This document shows, in pieces, positions 1 to 9,094 of a DNA stretch of 19,659 nucleotides (positions are counted from its first letter, which is position 1; every line of letters starts with the position of its first letter). The stretch spans positions 1 through 19,659 of the forward strand of contig CAVUHW010000037.1 in assembly GCA_963741205.1 (NCBI GenBank). Reading direction: 5' to 3'. Source of the DNA: Nitrospirota bacterium. Its GTDB lineage: Bacteria > Nitrospirota > UBA9217. Under the pieces are notes generated by a model. It saw nothing but the letters and a program-made list of their open reading frames with translations, had not been told where the DNA came from and did no database searches. The translations under genes and the position numbers were made by a program.

Positions 1-516
1 GAAGGGGGCCCGTATCACGGAGTAGTCCTGCCGTACGCTTACGTCCGAGGTAGCCGCCCGGAGCTGCGACTTCACTACCGCATGGGCCCTGCGCACCGCG
101 TCCAGGTCCTGCTGCGAGATCATGCCTTTTGCGAAAAGGTCTTCTGAACGTCTCAGATTTTTTTCCGCTTCCTCGAAGGTCGCCTTGCTCTGGGCAAGCG
201 CGCTATCGCTCTGAACTGATTCCTCCGTAAGGTCAAGCCGCGCGATCAAAGCGCCCGATTTGACGAGGTCGCCTTCCGTGACCGGCAGACTCACGACCCT
301 GCCCATGCGCTGGGCCGAGAGTATTACCTCGGTCTCTGATTTTACCGTTGAGGTCGTCGTCGCGTTGACGATGACGCGGAGCTCGCCCGGTTTGAGCTCG
401 GCTATCCTGACCATCACCGGTTTTTTAAGGGTCACCGCGAACAGCACGGCGGCCACGACGGCGCAGAGGACAAGCCAGGCGATCTTGCTTTTTACGAGTC
501 TGCCAATGAACGACAT
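1..516 (-). CDS. Efflux transporter periplasmic adaptor (membrane fusion protein, HlyD/AcrA/MacA-like); 3' end runs off the window
   Basis: Not in the ORF track; translated by hand from ATG at 516: MSFIGRLVKSKIAWLVLCAVVAAVLFAVTLKKP...VILSAQRMGRVVSLPVTEGDLVKSGALIARLD...AEKNLRRSEDLFAKGMISQQDLD...YSVIRAPF. Shows an N-terminal membrane anchor, a lipoyl half-motif and an alpha-hairpin; lies downstream of tolC. Confidence 0.9.
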   Translation of the reverse strand, partial: MSFIGRLVKSKIAWLVLCAVVAAVLFAVTLKKPVMVRIAELKPGELRVIVNATTTSTVKSETEVILSAQRMGRVVSLPVTEGDLVKSGALIARLDLTEESVQSDSALAQSKATFEEAEKNLRRSEDLFAKGMISQQDLDAVRRAHAVVKSQLRAATSDVSVRQDYSVIRAPF

Positions 517-517
517 A

Positions 518-977
518 TTACGATTCCTTCGGGTCCTTCTTCGCGTTATATTCAAGCCGCGCCTTGATGTTCTTCATGAAGGACCTGCACACCTCGCCCA
601 GTTTCTCCGAAACGACCATGTCCTGAAGAAAGGTGAAGTGGCCGGTGACGTGACCTTCGAGATGGTAGGTGATCTCGGTCACGTCCTCTGAAACCTTGCG
701 GAACGTAACGACGCCCGAAGTGAGCAGATGTTCATGAGTCGCGGTCCACGACATCCGCTTCTGCTCCTCCAACTCCGTCGTATGCGCCTTCATCTCGATT
801 GTCCGGCTGAAAGGTCCCAGCGACATCCTGATCGTCCAGATGGAGTCCAGATCGTTCAGGATCTTGACCCCTTTGCAACCGGGGAAACAGGCAGCCCACT
901 TCGGGGCGGTCCGTCATGAAGGACCAGACGCTTTTAACGGGCAGATTAATGGTGAACGTGACTTCTTTTGATGGCAT
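518..977 (-). CDS. SRPBCC/CoxG (START-fold) family protein, about 153 aa, one apparent frameshift near 880-885
   Basis: Joining ORFs 732..977 and 518..826 across the ccgggg run gives MPSKEVTFTINLPVKSVWSFMTDRPEVGCLFPGCKGVKILNDLDSIWTIRMSLGPFSRTIEM...; the 'VW.F.TD...V..C.PGC' pattern is typical of CoxG. GGAG lies upstream. Confidence 0.75.
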
Positions 978-1036
978 TTTTTCTCCTGCTTCCTGTGGTT
1001 TTCAACTCCAAACCGTGAACGCAGATCTCCAAACTG

Positions 1037-2377
1037 CTATTCTTCGCCCCTTCCCATTGCCTTCATAAGCCGTGCGGCGGAAAGGTAATAGTCATAGAGG
1101 GCCTGCACATGATCCGTTTCCGCCCTGAAGTTCGCGAGCCGTGCATCGGTGACCTCGAGTGAAGGTCCTACGCCGGCCTGGTACCTTCCCTCGGCAAGTT
1201 CGAGGTTATCTTTCGCATTTTTCTCAGAAATCTCCATCACGGAAATCCGGGCCGCGGCTGTATCGAGGTCGGCATAGGCCTGGTTAACCTCGAGCAGGAT
1301 CGACTGTCTGAGCCCGTCCCGCTGCGCTTCGAGCGCGCGAAGGTTTGCCCGGGCCTCGCTCACCCTTCCCTTCGTCAAACCTCCCTCGAAGATCGGCATC
1401 GAGAGCAAAACGCCGGCATTCCAGCTGTTCCTGATGTCGCTTTGAAACGTGGCGGACCCCAGTGTGCTGACCGGAATGGTCGCCTCCGAAGTTCCATGCG
1501 CCCAATTATACGATCCGTTCGCGGAGAGTGTCGGAAGATAATTCGACTCGGCCGTCCTGACCCGCGCCTTCGCGGCCTCGATATCTGCAGCTGCCTTTTG
1601 CATTTCAGGCCGATTATTCAGGGCCTCCGTCTGGATCTGGTCCAGAGCCGGCACCGCAGGCGGCTGGGGGAGTTTTTTTTCGATTTCGAGATCGCCGCGC
1701 GGGTCGATTCCCATTGCGTTGCACAGCGCGATGGTTCGAAGTCGGACATCGTTTTTGGCGTTGATCACGCCGAGACGTGCCGAATTCACATCGACCTCTG
1801 CGCGTGTCACATCGAAGCGAGGCTTTGAGCCGGCCCGAAAAAAAGCCTCTGCCTGCCGCATGTGGCCCTCGGTCTGATCAAGCGTCTGTTGAGCCACCAT
1901 CAGCAGCTTGTTTGCCTGAAGCAGCGCATAGTAGGCCTGTTTTACATTCAGGATCACTTCCTGCTTTACGCGGTCGGCATCCGACGCAGCTGACTCAACT
2001 GCCGAGCGGGCGGCATCAAGGCCGCCGCCGGTCTTCCCGAAGTCGTAGATGACCTGGTTCACCGACAGCGTCGTGGTATAGCTCTTCGTGACGCTCTCTC
2101 CCAGTTGCAGCGCTGATCCGAGGGAGCGGCTTTCGGCGTAACCGGTGCTCGCCTGCACCTGAGGCAGATAGGGAGAACTTGCCTGGGTCACCCGTGCCTT
2201 TCCCGCGTTGAGACCTTCTTGCGCAGACCTCAGGGCCGGATGATTCGCCAGTGCCGTGTCGAGGCAGTCGCGAAGGGTCAGCCTCGCCGCCGCGTCTGCG
2301 AGACCCGCGGCTATCGCCATGATCAGCAGCAGGGCGACCGCGGCGCGCATGATCATGTTCATCTTCACCTGCTCCAC
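1037..2377 (-). CDS. TolC-family outer membrane efflux protein
   Basis: 446 aa with a signal peptide, 'LTLRDCLDTALANHPAL', two OEP repeats (YLPQV / YLPTLS) and C-terminal 'LAEGRYQAGVGPSLEVTDA'. True start may be a slightly later Met. Confidence 0.95.
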   Translation of the reverse strand: MEQVKMNMIMRAAVALLLIMAIAAGLADAAARLTLRDCLDTALANHPALRSAQEGLNAGKARVTQASSPYLPQVQASTGYAESRSLGSALQLGESVTKSYTTTLSVNQVIYDFGKTGGGLDAARSAVESAASDADRVKQEVILNVKQAYYALLQANKLLMVAQQTLDQTEGHMRQAEAFFRAGSKPRFDVTRAEVDVNSARLGVINAKNDVRLRTIALCNAMGIDPRGDLEIEKKLPQPPAVPALDQIQTEALNNRPEMQKAAADIEAAKARVRTAESNYLPTLSANGSYNWAHGTSEATIPVSTLGSATFQSDIRNSWNAGVLLSMPIFEGGLTKGRVSEARANLRALEAQRDGLRQSILLEVNQAYADLDTAAARISVMEISEKNAKDNLELAEGRYQAGVGPSLEVTDARLANFRAETDHVQALYDYYLSAARLMKAMGRGEE

Positions 2378-2949
2378 CGGAGTGCAAATTCCATCGCTGC
2401 CCCGGCTATAAGAGGGATGGTGAGATTATCGTTGAGGGGGAGCGGCAGGAGTTCGACTCCGGCCGCGACAAGGGCGCCGAGAATCATGACCCCGGAAGAG
2501 ATTCCCAGTTCCGCGAAGGACAGGAGGTATCCGCCAAAAAGTGCGGCAATGACAAACGCAACGGTACCTTCCAGACTCTTGTTCCCTATTTTCATCCTTC
2601 CGAACCGTTGTCCTATCGTTGTTGCCGCCACATCTCCGAAGGCGAGAAAACAAATGGCTGTGGATGCCGCCGGAGCTGAAAAGGCCCATAACGAGAGGCC
2701 TACGCCGAGGATATAGGGCACGGTGCCGGTCAGCCTGCGTTCTTCGTTCTCCCGGACGAAACTCCTGAAATATGTATAGAGAAAACGGTTCCAGGCGGGG
2801 ATCTTGAGCCGCGCGATTTCAACGGCAAGAACAAGGACAGCGAGCATTCCGTAAAGTTGCAGCGCCGTCTTCCTGCCCGAAGCATAATAGAGCGACAGGA
2901 GCCCGAGTCCGCCGAAAAAATGAAAGAGTTTACGTCCGAGATGATTCAT
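2365..2949 (-). CDS. Polyprenol/phytol/dolichol kinase-like membrane protein (CTP-dependent, cytidylyltransferase superfamily)
   Basis: From Met at 2949: 'RKLFH', 'LAFGDVAATTIGQRFG', 'KSLEG' and 'DNLTIP', the signature motifs of SEC59/VTE5-like kinases; hydrophobic throughout. Confidence 0.85.
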   Translation of the reverse strand: MNHLGRKLFHFFGGLGLLSLYYASGRKTALQLYGMLAVLVLAVEIARLKIPAWNRFLYTYFRSFVRENEERRLTGTVPYILGVGLSLWAFSAPAASTAICFLAFGDVAATTIGQRFGRMKIGNKSLEGTVAFVIAALFGGYLLSFAELGISSGVMILGALVAAGVELLPLPLNDNLTIPLIAGAAMEFALRWSR

Positions 2950-2980
2950 GCGTTTTCGGTCCCGCCAATCCCTGACGCCG

Positions 2981-3988
2981 TCATTCCCGCTTTCCGCGCG
3001 CATAACTCGGCAGGCTGCAGACCTGCCCCGATTCACACTTGTCGCACTCGAGCTGGATCGTACTGTGAAGAACGTTGAATTTCTCTGACAACATATCTTT
3101 GATTTCTTCGATGATGTCCTTGCTCCCGCTTACCATCTGGTCGTCGATGAGCACGTGGGCGCTCATGGCATAGACGCCCGACGTGATCGTCCAGGCATGG
3201 ATATGATAGGCTTCGCGTACGCCCCTGATCTTCGCCATCTCCGCTGCTACATTGTCGATATCGATGTGGCCGGGCACGGCCTCCAGAAGAATATTCACGG
3301 ACTCCTTCACGAGCGCCCATGAACCGTAGATGATGACCAGGGAGATCATCATGCTCAGGATCGGGTCGATCAGGTACCAGCCGGTATACAGGATGATGAT
3401 GCCGCCGATGATGACGCCGACGGACGAGAGCGCGTCGCCGACGATATGGAGAAACGCGCCCCGGATATTGAGGTTGGTGTCCCGGTGCCTGATAAGGATG
3501 AAAGCGCCGGCGATGTTGGCAACAAGACCGATGACCGCGATGATCAGCATCAGCATGCCCTGTACGGGCTGCGGATGCAGCATCCGCAGATAGGCCTCAT
3601 ACATGATGTAGAGCGACAGGAGGACGAGGACGATGCCGTTCAGTAGGGCCGCCAGGATCTCGAGGCGGTAAAAGCCCCAGGTCTTTCGCTCCGTTGCCGG
3701 CAGGGTGGCGAATTTCATCGCGAAAAAGGAAAGCAGGAGGGCGAGGTTGTCCGTCAGCATGTGGCCGGCATCGGACAAAAGGGCCAGGCTGTTCGAGAGC
3801 AGGCCGCCGATCACTTCGGCCACCATCATGAGAACGGTGATCGACAGGGCGATCAGAAGGTCGCGTTTGCCTTCGGCAGGGGCCTGGCGCGGCCCCTCTT
3901 CGAGCGCATGGTCGTGACCATGGTGATCATGGCCGTCGTGCCCGTGGTCATGAGGACGATGTTCGCTATGCGAATGAAACAAAGACAT
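2981..3988 (-). CDS. czcD: Cation diffusion facilitator (CzcD/ZitB-type Zn/Co/Cd exporter)
   Basis: 'SLALLSDAGHMLTD', 'GFYRLEILAALLN', 'NIRGAFLHIVGD', 'HIHAWTIT', 'HSTIQLE' and a His-rich N-terminus; AGGAG upstream of ATG 3988. Confidence 0.93.
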   Translation of the reverse strand: MSLFHSHSEHRPHDHGHDGHDHHGHDHALEEGPRQAPAEGKRDLLIALSITVLMMVAEVIGGLLSNSLALLSDAGHMLTDNLALLLSFFAMKFATLPATERKTWGFYRLEILAALLNGIVLVLLSLYIMYEAYLRMLHPQPVQGMLMLIIAVIGLVANIAGAFILIRHRDTNLNIRGAFLHIVGDALSSVGVIIGGIIILYTGWYLIDPILSMMISLVIIYGSWALVKESVNILLEAVPGHIDIDNVAAEMAKIRGVREAYHIHAWTITSGVYAMSAHVLIDDQMVSGSKDIIEEIKDMLSEKFNVLHSTIQLECDKCESGQVCSLPSYARGKRE

Positions 3989-4041
3989 GATGCAAGACGC
4001 TCTCCTCAGTCCTTTGACCAAAACCGCAGATCCGTCACCGC

Positions 4042-4824
4042 TTAAATCGCGCCGATCTCCGCGGCGTAGCCGTAAAAAGTCAGCAGGCCTTTTCGCTCCT
4101 CCTCGCCGAAACCGTAGCTGAACAATTTCCAGTATTCAAAGAGAACCTCCGCAGGCAGGTTGAACCGGCCTTGTTCCGCGTCAGCAATCTCCCCGAGATG
4201 CGACAGCCCATAGTTCCGGGACTCCATGAGTATATCATACAGCCGTTCAAGCTCCTTGTGAATGTTTTTCCGGTCGTTCACCTGCCAGAGCGCGAATACA
4301 AAGGGCAGGCCGGTGAAATCATGCCAGAGCCGGCCCAGATCATAATGGTAGGCGTATTTCGATGCCATGGACTTCTTGATCGCCAGATCCCCGATCGTGA
4401 GCAAGGCGTCGGCCTGCTTCGAAGGGTCTTCCGCGCCCTGCTCATAGAGTATATAGCCGGGATTCACGCCATACCGGATTTCGAGAAGGATGCGGAGCAG
4501 GACGACCGACGTGGCCGATGCGGTGGTCAGGGCAACGACCCGGTTATTCAGTTCCTCGATTGGGAACTTGCTTTCGAAGAGGATGCTCATGACCCTGCTC
4601 TTCGAGGTAATCGAGAGGTCCGGCATGAGGAGGTAACGGCCCGGGTTCATGGCATACTCGATGGACGACGAAGGCGACACATCCACGAAGCCCTCGTAGA
4701 GCAGCCGGTTCAACTGCGTCGGGATGCCTTCCACCAGTTTAAACGGAAAGGCGACCTTCCGCGTTACGATCCCGGCGTGAGGAGGGAAACAGTTTGAATA
4801 GATGATATGGCCGAGTTTGAGCAT
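4042..4824 (-). CDS. mqnA: Menaquinone biosynthesis protein, chorismate dehydratase (futalosine pathway, MqnA/MqnD family)
   Basis: 'LGHIIYSNCFP', 'P..LNRLL..G.VD.SP.SS.EY', 'SATSVVLL', 'LTIGDLA' and 'DLG..W...TGLPFVFALW' are characteristic of MqnA. Confidence 0.88.
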   Translation of the reverse strand: MLKLGHIIYSNCFPPHAGIVTRKVAFPFKLVEGIPTQLNRLLYEGFVDVSPSSSIEYAMNPGRYLLMPDLSITSKSRVMSILFESKFPIEELNNRVVALTTASATSVVLLRILLEIRYGVNPGYILYEQGAEDPSKQADALLTIGDLAIKKSMASKYAYHYDLGRLWHDFTGLPFVFALWQVNDRKNIHKELERLYDILMESRNYGLSHLGEIADAEQGRFNLPAEVLFEYWKLFSYGFGEEERKGLLTFYGYAAEIGAI

Positions 4825-4859
4825 TGTGCAATCGCCTGGCACAACCACGATGAACCCGC

Positions 4860-5055
4860 AACTCCTGATTGATAACAGCGTTTATCCACGCGGTAGTTCG
4901 ACTGTGAAACATCCTGTTCGGCGATCTTGATGCCTCGTTGCTGCCGAGAGCGGCCTGGTAAGCTCGTCGAGCGTAGTATACCTTCCGCGACCACGCCGGC
5001 GGAGCGGCCATCCGATAAGGACCATGACAATGATGAGTGCCCGCAGTGTTCTCAT
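4860..5055 (-). pseudogene. Truncated N-terminal fragment of a probable TolC-like protein
   Basis: AGGAG upstream of ATG 5055. Across frames it reads signal peptide MRTLRALIIVMVLIGW..., then 'TLDELTR..ALGSN.GIKIAEQDVSQSNYRVDK', resembling the first TolC helix, and then breaks off just before mqnA. Confidence 0.5.
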
Positions 5056-5095
5056 GAGGTTGGGATCCTGTTCTCCTGGTTGCAATCTGCGCGGG

Positions 5096-5753
5096 TCATT
5101 TTTCGGACGCCAGACCGTTGAAAAAGAGCTCCGTAACAAAGGCGCCGAATCTCCGGGGACAGATTTACGCTTTTCCCGTGAACGTATTCAGCCATGGGCT
5201 GAAGGATGAAATTATGAATGATGACGCCGATCAGCGACGCCGCAGCCAGCGAAGGATCGAACTTCTTCAGTTCTCCTTTTCGCATGCCTTCCTTGAAGAA
5301 TTCCGTAAGGCGTGCATAGTTTTCCGAGAAATACTTTTCACAGATCCATGTGCTGTTGCCTCCGCTTGCCGCAAACTCCATGGCCATGATCCGGCGCAAG
5401 TCTTCATTGTTCTGGTGAAATCGGATGGCCCCTTCGACGTACCGTTGTATCTTCAGACGGACCGGGGCCGAGGACTTGAAAATCTCGTTTTCCCAAATGG
5501 CCTTAAGCGCCGAAAATGAATCCGCAAGGACGGATCGGTAAAGGTCGTCCTTGTCCTTGAAGTGGTAATAGATCATCGCGTTATTGACCTTGGCCGCTTC
5601 GGCGACCTCCCTGACCGACGTGCCGTCGAGGCCCCGCTCGGCGAACACGCACCGCGCCGCCGCGAGGATCGCGCCGCGGGTGTCGCCTTCCGTCCGTCCC
5701 GTTTTCGGGCGGCGCCCCGGCGTGCTCTTGTGGTCTTTTGATAATCGTTTCAT
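5096..5753 (-). CDS. TetR/AcrR-family transcriptional regulator (probable frameshift near 5155; uncorrected ORF reads to 5052)
   Basis: HTH 'TRGAILAAARCVFAERGLDGTSVREVAEAAKVNNAMIYYHFKDKDDLY'. The alternative frame gives the typical ending 'FGAFVTELFFNGLASEK*' with TGA at 5096-5098. Confidence 0.92.
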
Positions 5754-5762
5754 GGCATTTAT

Positions 5763-5819
5763 TTAACTAATCGGTTAATTAATTAATACAAACGATACCT
5801 GCTTGCATATATTTGTCAA
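5763..5819 (-). promoter_or_regulatory. Sigma70-type promoter and candidate TetR operator
   Basis: Minus strand TTGACA (5819-5814), 16 nt, TATCGT (5797-5792); inverted repeat TTAAC-N6-GTTAA at 5763-5778 between the promoter and the ATG. Confidence 0.6.
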
Positions 5820-5903
5820 GCGTATTTTGTCCGATGGCGGTGGTGCTATTGCCCTTTACAGGGTCGGGTAAATCGGGAAACGAGGTGGACCGGCGGCTCA
5901 CCG

Positions 5904-6941
5904 TCATATCTCCAGTCCCCGTTCAGTCCGTGCCGGATAAATAAACACCGCCTCCTGTTCGATACGGATCTCCTGCGAGGAGACATTCTCCAGGATGAAA
6001 CGCAGCTGCGTATTGCGATAGGTTAGATTTTTTTTATAGGCCCGGACATAGACCTTCATCTTTGCCGCGCTGTTGGGCTGCAGGACAAAGGGGTTCTGGC
6101 TCATGATGAGCTCCGCGTCCTTGATTCCCGCGATTCTCAGGCGGAATACTTCAGGATCGAGACTCCGGTTTTCCACGATCAGGGAATAGGCATTTATCGT
6201 GTCGTCTTTTTTCCCCGCCTGTGTGTAAGGCTGGGGGTCATCGCGGGATACCCAGAAATCCAGCGGCACCCGCACATAGAGCTGATAGGCAAACAGGACG
6301 GCGATGAATGCGAATGCCGTTGAGAGACCGAGGACACGAAGCCGGGGCCGATGCATCGCGGTCGTCGAAGAAGGCAGTCCGCAAACTTCGCATAGGGACA
6401 GATCTGACGCGCAAGATCTCCGGCGCACGAAGGAGATATTCAGATAGATGAGAACGGTGATGAAGACCCAGGACAGGAATGTCCAGGGGCCAAGGTTGAG
6501 CATGAAGAGGTCGGCCGCCATCTCCCAGGGCGGGACGAAATACCAGATAAGGTTTGCCGCTACAATCATGGACAGGATCAGGAGAAGTGTCCGAGACGAC
6601 GCGAAGCCTGCAAGCCGGCGGCCGCCGAACCTGGTGGACAGTTGATCGATCTTTCTCGTAAAATCGGAGAGGACGGTCTGCGGGCACACCCATCCGCACC
6701 AGGCGCGGCCGTAGAGAACGGTAAAGAGCAGAACGCCGCTCAGGAAGAGGAGAAAGACAAGCAGGAAGAAATACTTCTCGCTGACCCAGATGACGGCGCC
6801 GAAAAAATAGAGTTTAAGCGACGGGATATCGAAACGGAGGGCGCTTTCGCCGTGGACCCGTATAAAAGGAAGGGTAAGCATGACCGCCGCCACCAGCCAC
6901 GCGGAGACCCGGCGTTGGGTTCGAAATATCGTTTTTTCCAT
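5904..6941 (-). CDS. CcoG/FixG-like membrane Fe-S protein; central ferredoxin segment apparently missing
   Basis: 'GRAWCGWVCPQT' motif, TM helices and a C-terminal FixG Ig-like domain ('INAYSLIVENRS...FRLRIAG'). The second motif (C...CPY...FFD) is scrambled by frameshifts and no CxxCxxCxxxCP motifs are present. Confidence 0.8.
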   Translation of the reverse strand: MEKTIFRTQRRVSAWLVAAVMLTLPFIRVHGESALRFDIPSLKLYFFGAVIWVSEKYFFLLVFLLFLSGVLLFTVLYGRAWCGWVCPQTVLSDFTRKIDQLSTRFGGRRLAGFASSRTLLLILSMIVAANLIWYFVPPWEMAADLFMLNLGPWTFLSWVFITVLIYLNISFVRRRSCASDLSLCEVCGLPSSTTAMHRPRLRVLGLSTAFAFIAVLFAYQLYVRVPLDFWVSRDDPQPYTQAGKKDDTINAYSLIVENRSLDPEVFRLRIAGIKDAELIMSQNPFVLQPNSAAKMKVYVRAYKKNLTYRNTQLRFILENVSSQEIRIEQEAVFIYPARTERGLEI

Positions 6942-7028
6942 TTGAAACTATCCCCTCTCCCCCGCCTTTCCCCACCCGACAGGAGCATTCGAGGACAGGC
7001 TCCTGGGAGAGAATCAGGGACGGCTGCA

Positions 7029-7537
7029 TTATGAACTCGCCAATTGCCCTCTGATCTCGCCTGCAGGGAAGATCTGGGTGTGTATCTGGACGTACAGTCC
7101 GCCGGCTTGAAGGGCGTTGAGCTGAGCAGCTGTCAACACCGTGCCCGCGGGCACAGTCCATGTTCCACTCGTCAATCCTATCCCACCGGTAAGGGGAATG
7201 ATGATCAGCCCGTTTACTCCCGCCGCGCCCTCATGGATATGAGCGGCTGTAGCAACGCTCGACAAGCCGGAGAAACTCACCGTGCCGCTGAGCGCGCCTG
7301 TGGCGAAGTTGACCGAAAGGACCGCGCTGCCGGTCCCGGCCGTGGCAACCGGCGGAACTTCCTGAGCGCCGCTCAGGGAGGCTGTCACAGGCAACCAGTG
7401 ATGCAGCAACCGGCATCGAGGCGGCTGTTCCCGAGGGGACTCCACCGCCTCCGCACGATGCGGCAATGACCGCCAGAAGAAAAAAACCACCGGAAATGAG
7501 GTGTAATGTATCATGGTTTATATTGTATCTTCATCAT
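7029..7537 (-). CDS. CHRD domain lipoprotein (single CHRD; frameshifts in N-terminal part; start 7537 or 7514)
   Basis: CHRD motifs 'LSGAQEVPPVATAGTG', 'TAAHIHEGAAGVNG' and 'GGLYVQIHTQIFPAGEIRGQL'. Adding one T to the T7 run restores FFLLAVIAASC-GGGG (lipobox-like Cys at 7453-7455). AGGAGGGAGG RBS upstream. Confidence 0.85.
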
Positions 7538-7939
7538 CAGGAGCACCTCCCTCCTTGCTCACTTTGCTAATGGATACCATAATGGCTCTCTATTTCAAGT
7601 TAATCGTATTTATACCGGGTGTCAATATAGGGCTGACAATACCAAACGCAGAACTGTTATTTGCTCAATCGTGCACGATATTAATTGCCTGCTTTACAGG
7701 AAGCGTTTGACATCTTGAAATCATCCGTGCGAACCACACGGAAGAAATAATGATTGTGAAGCCGACAATATACTTCTTCAGAATCCCTCTCTATAGCATA
7801 AATCTTTTTTATGACAAATTACGGCTTTAGTATTATTGCGTATCTTCGCAACTCGTGTTATCCTCAAAACTAAAGGCGTCAAGACGCCATGGCTGAAATT
7901 CAACCTATGTCCGAAAGGAACAGGAGGGAGGAAACAACC

Positions 7940-8857
7940 ATGATACACCGTAGACATTTTCTCTGGTCAATCATATTGCTGGTCGGGGTGATCGCTTTGT
8001 CAGTTGCGGTAGTAGCAGCAGATAACAACGCCGACTCCAACGCCAACACCAACAGCTACAGTCACAAAATTTGCAACTCTTGACGGCACCCAGGAAAGCT
8101 ACGCCCGTTACCACGACCGCGAACGGCGCGGGAAGCCTTACAGTTGATACAGGAACGGGAGCTGTGAGCGGTTCCCTGACAATACTGTCGGCCCCTGCAA
8201 CAACGGTCAACAGCGGCGCATGTGCATGACGGGGCAGCGGGCAACGCAGTCATTATTCCCCTGAGCGACTCGGGAGGCGGTGTGTGGAGCGTTCCAGCGA
8301 CCGCTCACGCCGCTGACCGCGGCACAGATAGCCTCGTTCACGGCCGGCACCCTGTATTTTAATGTCCATACGACCGCTAACGCAGGTGGTGAGATACGCG
8401 GAAATATCAATAAAACCACTGCAACTCTGTACGCTCGGATCTGGACGGCGCCCAGGAAAGCCCGCCCGTTACCACCAGCGCAGCCGGCACGGGAATCCTG
8501 ACGGTGAACGCAGCACACGGGAGCTGTGACTGGCTCCCTGAACGGTACTCCAGTTCTCAACCGGCTGAGCGCGTACAGCGGTTCACTGGACGCATTACAT
8601 ACGTAGCGGCGCCTGGCGTGACTACATACGGGCAGCTCGATGTGGTCACGCACGCTGCGACGTCGGGTAACGCTGTGTAGTGCATGGAGCGTTCCGGCAC
8701 ACACACTGGGCGGCGGCGTGTGGAGCGTTCCCGCAAACACGGTGCTGACTCGGCCCAGATAGCCTCGTTCATCAGCGGGAACCTCTATTACAACGTGCAT
8801 ACGACCGCCAATCCAGGCGGCGAGATCCGCGGAAATATCATCCTGATCGCGCCGTAG
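7940..8857 (+). CDS. Tandem (2x) CHRD domain probable lipoprotein with Pro/Thr linker; multiple frameshifts
   Basis: AGGAGGGAGG RBS. Hydrophobic signal MIHRRHFLWSIILLVGVIAL, then 'SCGSSS' and 'TTPTPTPTPTAT' in shifted frames. Two copies of LDG.QE..PVTT...G.G.LTV...GVWSVP...AQIASF..G.LY.NVHTTAN.GGEIRGNI. TAG at 8855-8857. Confidence 0.82.
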
Positions 8858-8889
8858 TCAGTTGAAGGATAAATTGATCCAGTCTCTTC

Positions 8890-8942
8890 ACGCCGTCCGA
8901 TGCGGAAAGCATTCGCTTCCGCTTCGGGCGGCGTTTTTTTTT
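8890..8942 (+). terminator. Rho-independent terminator after the tandem CHRD gene
   Basis: ACGCCGTCCGA-TGCGGAA...TTCCGC-TTCGGGCGGCGT hairpin followed by a T run. Confidence 0.8.
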
Positions 8943-9094
8943 AGAAAGTTCTGATTCAATACCTGAATCCCTGCATTCCTCAAGGTCCGTTCAATCTTCA
9001 CTTACGGGAGGCATTCACCGGAATAGGTATTCCCCCTGACTTAATGCGATTCCAAGAGGGGACAATGAGGAAGTTCAATGGAGGTATGAGGAGA

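Noticed and set aside
260-5766. Numerous plus-strand ORFs (e.g. 260..691, 2219..2716, 4171..4797)
   Set aside because: They are antisense shadows of well-supported minus-strand genes in GC-rich DNA and show no family motifs.
8560-8740. Local duplication of TGGAGCGTTCC and odd sequence inside the second CHRD domain
   Set aside because: It lies in a visibly garbled stretch and is most likely basecalling noise; there is no repeat-spacer structure of a CRISPR array.
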